Source: Candidatus Methylomirabilota bacterium
GTDB lineage: Bacteria; Methylomirabilota; Methylomirabilia; Rokubacteriales; CSP1-6
Reading direction: 5' to 3'
DNA length: 64,000 bases
Assembly: GCA_035457825.1 (NCBI GenBank)
Contig: DATIAY010000096.1
Coordinates: forward strand, 3,683 to 67,682
Positions 60,451-64,000 of the stretch are shown one piece after another. The notes beneath the pieces are model-generated. The model had not been told where the DNA came from. It searched no databases and saw nothing but the letters and a program-made list of their open reading frames with translations. Position 1 is the first letter of the stretch. Every line of letters begins with the position of its first letter. Made by a program: the position numbers and the translations under genes.

Positions 60451-62682
60451 CTACGCCTGAGTCTCGACTGCCGCGGGGATCCGTGCGACGGGCAGCTCGA
60501 TGACGAAACGGCTGCCCCGGGGATGATTGTCCTCCACCCAGATGGCGCCGCCGTGCTCGGTGATGATCTCGTGGACGATGGGCAATCCCAGGCCCATCCC
60601 GGTAGTCTTGGTCGAGAAGTAGGGCAGGAAGAGCTTGTCCTTGTCCTCGGGCTTGATGCCAGGGCCCGAGTCGCTCACGATGAGCTGGACTCGGCCCAGC
60701 TCGGGCAGGTGTACGATCTCCATCTCCACGTCGCCGACGCCGCCCACCGCCTCCACGGCGTTGTCCACGAGGTTGAGAACCGCCCGCTTGATGTAGTCGG
60801 GATCGAACTCGAGCAGGGGCAGGTCGTCGGGGTACCGGGTGCTGAGCCGCAGCGTCGGGTGGGACTCGCGATAGAGGCTGGCCACGCCGTCCACCAGGGG
60901 ACGCAAGTCACTGGGACGCGGAGTGAGCACGGGCATCCGGGCGAACCGTGAGAACTCGTCGACGAGGCGGCGCAGCCCGTTCACCTCCTGGATGATGATC
61001 CCGGTGCACTCGGTCACGAGCTCGTTCTCGCCGGCATTGCGGCTCAGCCGACGGCGCAGGCGCTGAGCCGAGAGCTGGATCGGTGTCAGGGGGTTCTTGA
61101 TCTCGTGGGCGATGCGCTGGGCCACCTCGCGCCAGGCGGCCAGACGCTGGGCTTTGAGCAGCTCGGTGAGGTCGTCGAAGACCAGCACCGCCCCCGCGTA
61201 CTCGCCGTCGTGTCCGCGCAGCGCGGTGGCCGAGGCCAGCAGCGACACGGTGGCTCCCTTGCGACGCAGGTGCAGCTCCTGGTCGACCGCGCCCGCCCGC
61301 AACCGGCGCACCCGCTGCACGAGGCCGATCACATCGGCCAGCTCGGCGCTCCCGAACACCTGCTCCACCGGCCGCCCCACGGCGGCCGTCCGCTGTAGCC
61401 CGAACATGGCCGCGGCCGCCCGGTTCAGCGTGGTGACGCAACCCTGGGGATCCAGAGAGACCACGCCGGTGGTGACCGCCTCCATGACCGTCTCGATGTA
61501 GCGCCGACGTTCCTCCAGCTCCGTGTGCTTGTCCTGGAGGTCGAGATAGGCTTCCTCCAGCTGGCGTTTGGAACGGCCCAGGTCGTCGGTCATGCGGTTG
61601 AACGAGTCCACGAGGACGCCCAGCTCATCGGCAGCGCGGGCCTGGACCTTGTAGCTGAGGTTGCCGGCCGCCACCTCGCGGGTGCCTTCGGCCAGCTCGG
61701 CGATGGGCCCGGTGATCCCGCGGGCCAGGTAAAGGCCGAACCAGGCGAAGGAGAACACCACGATCAGAGTCAGCAGCATGAAGAGCAGGATGTAGATGCC
61801 CTTGATGGGGTTCTTCACCAGCTTGAGCTGCTTGTACTCCTGAAAGGCCTGAGCGATGCCCCGAATCCGCTGCTCGAGCCGCTCGGTCACGTGGGTTCCC
61901 ACGACCACCGTGCCCAGCACACGACGCTCGGGGCCGGAGGCCATCAGCACGGGGGCGATGGCTTCGATGAGATCACCGGAGGGCAGCTCGCGCACGGTGG
62001 TGACCTGCTGGCCGGCCAATCCCAGGCGTAACTGTCCCTCGTTGATGTCGCGGGTCGGCAGGTCGCCGAGGGCGGGGTCGTTGACGTGGACCAGTTCCTG
62101 ACCGGTGGCGCTGAAGACCGTGATGGCGCTGAGACCGAGCTGTTCCTGCTGGTCGACCAGATAGGCGGCCAGCGCCTCGCGCCGCGTATTTTCGAGGAGC
62201 CGGTCGCGCTCGATGACGAGGGCGATGTGCCGGCCGTGACGGAGAGCCGCTGATTGGAGGTTCTGATAGTAGGCCTGGGCGACGGCCAGCGCCTGGTCCA
62301 GGGGTCGTTCGACCTGGGGCTTGAACCAGCCCTCGATCGACTTGTTGATGAAGTTGGAGGCGATCGTGAAGATGAGGATCGCCGGGGTCAGGGCCAGTGA
62401 CAGGAACGCCAGCACCAGCTTCGTCTTGAAGCGCGAGCCCAGGAGCTTCTGCCTCCGCTCGAACCACAGCTTCACGAGGTTGCGGAGCAGGAGCACCAGC
62501 AGCAGCAGGAAGACGATCAGGTTCAGGTTGAACAGCGCGAAGACGACGATGTTGGAGGCCAGCGGGACCTCGGGCACCCGCATCTCGAAGTTCAACACGG
62601 TGGCCACGGTCAGGAAGGCCAGCAGCCCGCTGATGACCACGATGTTGCGGCGCCGGCGGCTGGGCTCGGTGAGCAAGGGCAT
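60451..62682 (-). CDS. NtrY-like sensor histidine kinase (4 TM-HAMP-PAS-HisKA-HATPase)
   Basis: N-terminal TM bundle, HAMP (PIAELAEGTREVAAGNLSYKV), PAS, H-box AHEIKNPLTPI, G-boxes DSGPGI and GMGLGL. The ATG at 62682 overlaps the upstream TAA by 1 nt. Confidence 0.85.
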   Translation of the reverse strand: MPLLTEPSRRRRNIVVISGLLAFLTVATVLNFEMRVPEVPLASNIVVFALFNLNLIVFLLLLVLLLRNLVKLWFERRQKLLGSRFKTKLVLAFLSLALTPAILIFTIASNFINKSIEGWFKPQVERPLDQALAVAQAYYQNLQSAALRHGRHIALVIERDRLLENTRREALAAYLVDQQEQLGLSAITVFSATGQELVHVNDPALGDLPTRDINEGQLRLGLAGQQVTTVRELPSGDLIEAIAPVLMASGPERRVLGTVVVGTHVTERLEQRIRGIAQAFQEYKQLKLVKNPIKGIYILLFMLLTLIVVFSFAWFGLYLARGITGPIAELAEGTREVAAGNLSYKVQARAADELGVLVDSFNRMTDDLGRSKRQLEEAYLDLQDKHTELEERRRYIETVMEAVTTGVVSLDPQGCVTTLNRAAAAMFGLQRTAAVGRPVEQVFGSAELADVIGLVQRVRRLRAGAVDQELHLRRKGATVSLLASATALRGHDGEYAGAVLVFDDLTELLKAQRLAAWREVAQRIAHEIKNPLTPIQLSAQRLRRRLSRNAGENELVTECTGIIIQEVNGLRRLVDEFSRFARMPVLTPRPSDLRPLVDGVASLYRESHPTLRLSTRYPDDLPLLEFDPDYIKRAVLNLVDNAVEAVGGVGDVEMEIVHLPELGRVQLIVSDSGPGIKPEDKDKLFLPYFSTKTTGMGLGLPIVHEIITEHGGAIWVEDNHPRGSRFVIELPVARIPAAVETQA

Positions 62683-63248
62683 TACTGTACCCGCCGGATC
62701 GTCCGATAATCGGATTGGAGGACTGTCTCTTCGGCGGTTCCCGCCATCCGGGCCACGAACGTGTTCTCCCCGTTCAGGGCGGCTTCCGCCCGGACGCGGA
62801 CGTAGATCACCGTGTTGGGATCGAAGTCGCCGGCCGGGCTGAGCTTGGCGGCACGCACCTCGGAGATGACCCGCTGGGCGTCGCGAAGGCCACGGGTGGT
62901 GTAGACCGGGCGTGTCTCGCCCTTCAGGGAAGCGACCCGGTATTCCTTGCTCACGACGTTGTAGGTCAGTTGGCGTTCGATGACCCGGGTGGTGAGCAGG
63001 CGGTCGCGCCATCCGCGATTGAGCTGCCAGAGCTCGATCGTGAAGCGCAGGTGGGCGGGGATGCCGCTCTGGATCGGCTCATCGAAGGTGGGGGGCACCG
63101 CCCCTACCGCCACGACCTGCACGGTGAAGTCGTAGTCGTTGAGGTAGACGGCGAGATCGGTCAGGCGGAGCTCGCCCAGGGCGGACGCTGGAAAGGCGAG
63201 CCAAACGCCGGCCATGGCCACCAGGAGCCCCGGGCGCAAACCACCCAT
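62682..63248 (-). CDS. DUF4390 domain protein
   Basis: Signal peptide plus LRFTIELW...RQLTYNVVSKEY layout, in the position typical of genes preceding ntrY-like kinases. Confidence 0.7.
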   Translation of the reverse strand: MGGLRPGLLVAMAGVWLAFPASALGELRLTDLAVYLNDYDFTVQVVAVGAVPPTFDEPIQSGIPAHLRFTIELWQLNRGWRDRLLTTRVIERQLTYNVVSKEYRVASLKGETRPVYTTRGLRDAQRVISEVRAAKLSPAGDFDPNTVIYVRVRAEAALNGENTFVARMAGTAEETVLQSDYRTIRRVQ

Positions 63249-63262
63249 ATGGTCGACACGAC

Positions 63263-63268
63263 ATTATA
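63263..63268 (-). promoter_or_regulatory. Perfect TATAAT -10 box 14 nt upstream of the DUF4390 ATG
   Basis: The minus strand reads gacgc-TATAAT-gtcgtgtcgaccat-ATG. No good -35 and no SD. Confidence 0.3.
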
Positions 63269-63294
63269 GCGTCGGGGCCCGGGGGCGGCCCGGG

Positions 63295-64000
63295 TTAGAT
63301 CGCGGCGAGCCCGGAGGCGGCGGCGAGGCCGCCGCGCTGCACCGACTCCCGGAATTCCGAAGGAACGCCGGCCGGTCGGCGATCGAGGCCGAGGGCGCGC
63401 TGGATCGCGACCACGAGATCGAAGTTCAGGGCGTGACCGGCGTTGCGGGCGATCACGTAACCGACCACGGGCCGGCCGAGCAGGGCCAGGTCACCGATGA
63501 GGTCGAGGATCTTGTGGCGGACGAACTCGTCCCGATAACGTAGCCCGTTCAGCGCGCCCCGCTTGCCCACGCCGATCGCGTTCTCGAGCGACGCCCCCCG
63601 CGCCAGGCCGTTCCGGCGCATCTCCCCCAGGTCCTTGAGGAACCCGTAGGTCCGCGCCGGGGCGAACTCTTCGATGAACATTCGCTCGGTCGGCGCGCAG
63701 GTGATGGCCTGGACGCCGATCGCCGGGTGGTCATTGTCGAGCGTGTAGCTGATACGGAAGACGTCGGAGGGAAGGATCTGGATCCAGCGCCCGCCGCCGC
63801 CGACCTTGATCGGATGCCGAATGACGATCGGCCGCTTGGGAGCGGACTGCTCGACGCGTCCCGCAGAGGCCAGCAGGGCCACGAACGGCTTGGCGCTGCC
63901 GTCTCCAGCCGGAATCTCGGGTCCGTCCACCTCGATTAACAAATTGTCGAGCCCGAGTCCAGCGGCCGCGGCCATCAGGTGCTCGACCGTCTGGATCCGC
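63295..64000 (-). CDS. lpxC: UDP-3-O-acyl-N-acetylglucosamine deacetylase (C-terminal ~235 codons; the N-terminus lies beyond the right edge)
   Basis: TVEHLMAAAAGLGLDN, FAPARTYGF, RYRDEFVRHKILDLIGDL. The reading frame stays open to position 64000. Confidence 0.9.
   Translation of the reverse strand, partial: RIQTVEHLMAAAAGLGLDNLLIEVDGPEIPAGDGSAKPFVALLASAGRVEQSAPKRPIVIRHPIKVGGGGRWIQILPSDVFRISYTLDNDHPAIGVQAITCAPTERMFIEEFAPARTYGFLKDLGEMRRNGLARGASLENAIGVGKRGALNGLRYRDEFVRHKILDLIGDLALLGRPVVGYVIARNAGHALNFDLVVAIQRALGLDRRPAGVPSEFRESVQRGGLAAASGLAAI

Overview
This is a 64-kb, very G+C-rich and almost gap-free bacterial chromosome segment. LpxC, lipobox lipoproteins and a DUF4390/NtrY/NtrX-like module point to a diderm; I cannot assign the lineage from sequence alone. 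I support about 60 protein genes. I saw no rRNA, tRNA, CRISPR, transposase, integrase or phage genes.

Layout:
- (i) 0.3-15.7 kb: one long minus-strand housekeeping array (cysteine-synthase-like, PhzF-like, yraN, rnhB, rplS, trmD, rimM, rpsP, ffh, rpe, rsmB, fmt, def, priA, family-4 UDG, coaBC, rpoZ, gmk, yicC).
- (ii) 15.8-20.6 kb: small membrane protein, cupin, and the MoxR / DUF58 / transglutaminase triad.
- (iii) 20.6-21.8 kb: two orphan genes in a visibly less G+C-rich patch.
- (iv) 21.8-30.6 kb: pyrimidine operon pyrR-pyrB-pyrC-carA-orf88-carB-pyrF-pyrE.
- (v) 30.6-35.4 kb: CodA-like amidohydrolase, TPR/LysM lipoprotein, polysaccharide deacetylase, HAMP adenylate cyclase.
- (vi) 35.7-43.2 kb: tightly coupled operon of fused double amidohydrolase, two DUF1116 paralogs, carbamate kinase, SDR and Asp/Glu/hydantoin racemase.
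- (vii) 43.3-46.0 kb: unknown gene plus split LigD (polymerase, ligase).
- (viii) 46.0-49.8 kb: ECF-type sigma factor, YciI, BNR propeller, MoaD-like (GG end), DoxX.
- (ix) 49.8-59.0 kb: PuuD-type urate hydroxylase, ABC importer, xanthine-dehydrogenase-family L/S/M subunits, then FdrA with a 60-codon DUF1116 N-terminal mini-ORF.
- (x) 59.1-64.0 kb: sigma-54-type response regulator, NtrY-like kinase, DUF4390, lpxC (partial).

The best candidate for an undescribed system is the FdrA/DUF1116/carbamate-kinase ureide-type module. It is split over two loci and has an unusual composition.

Other observations worth a second look:
- a family of two-hairpin intergenic repeats;
- a 74-bp tandem duplication;
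- a PriA with degenerate ATPase motifs;
- an insertion in PyrF.

All homology calls come from motif recognition by eye. No searches were run. Start codons were refined by hand from the ORF track.
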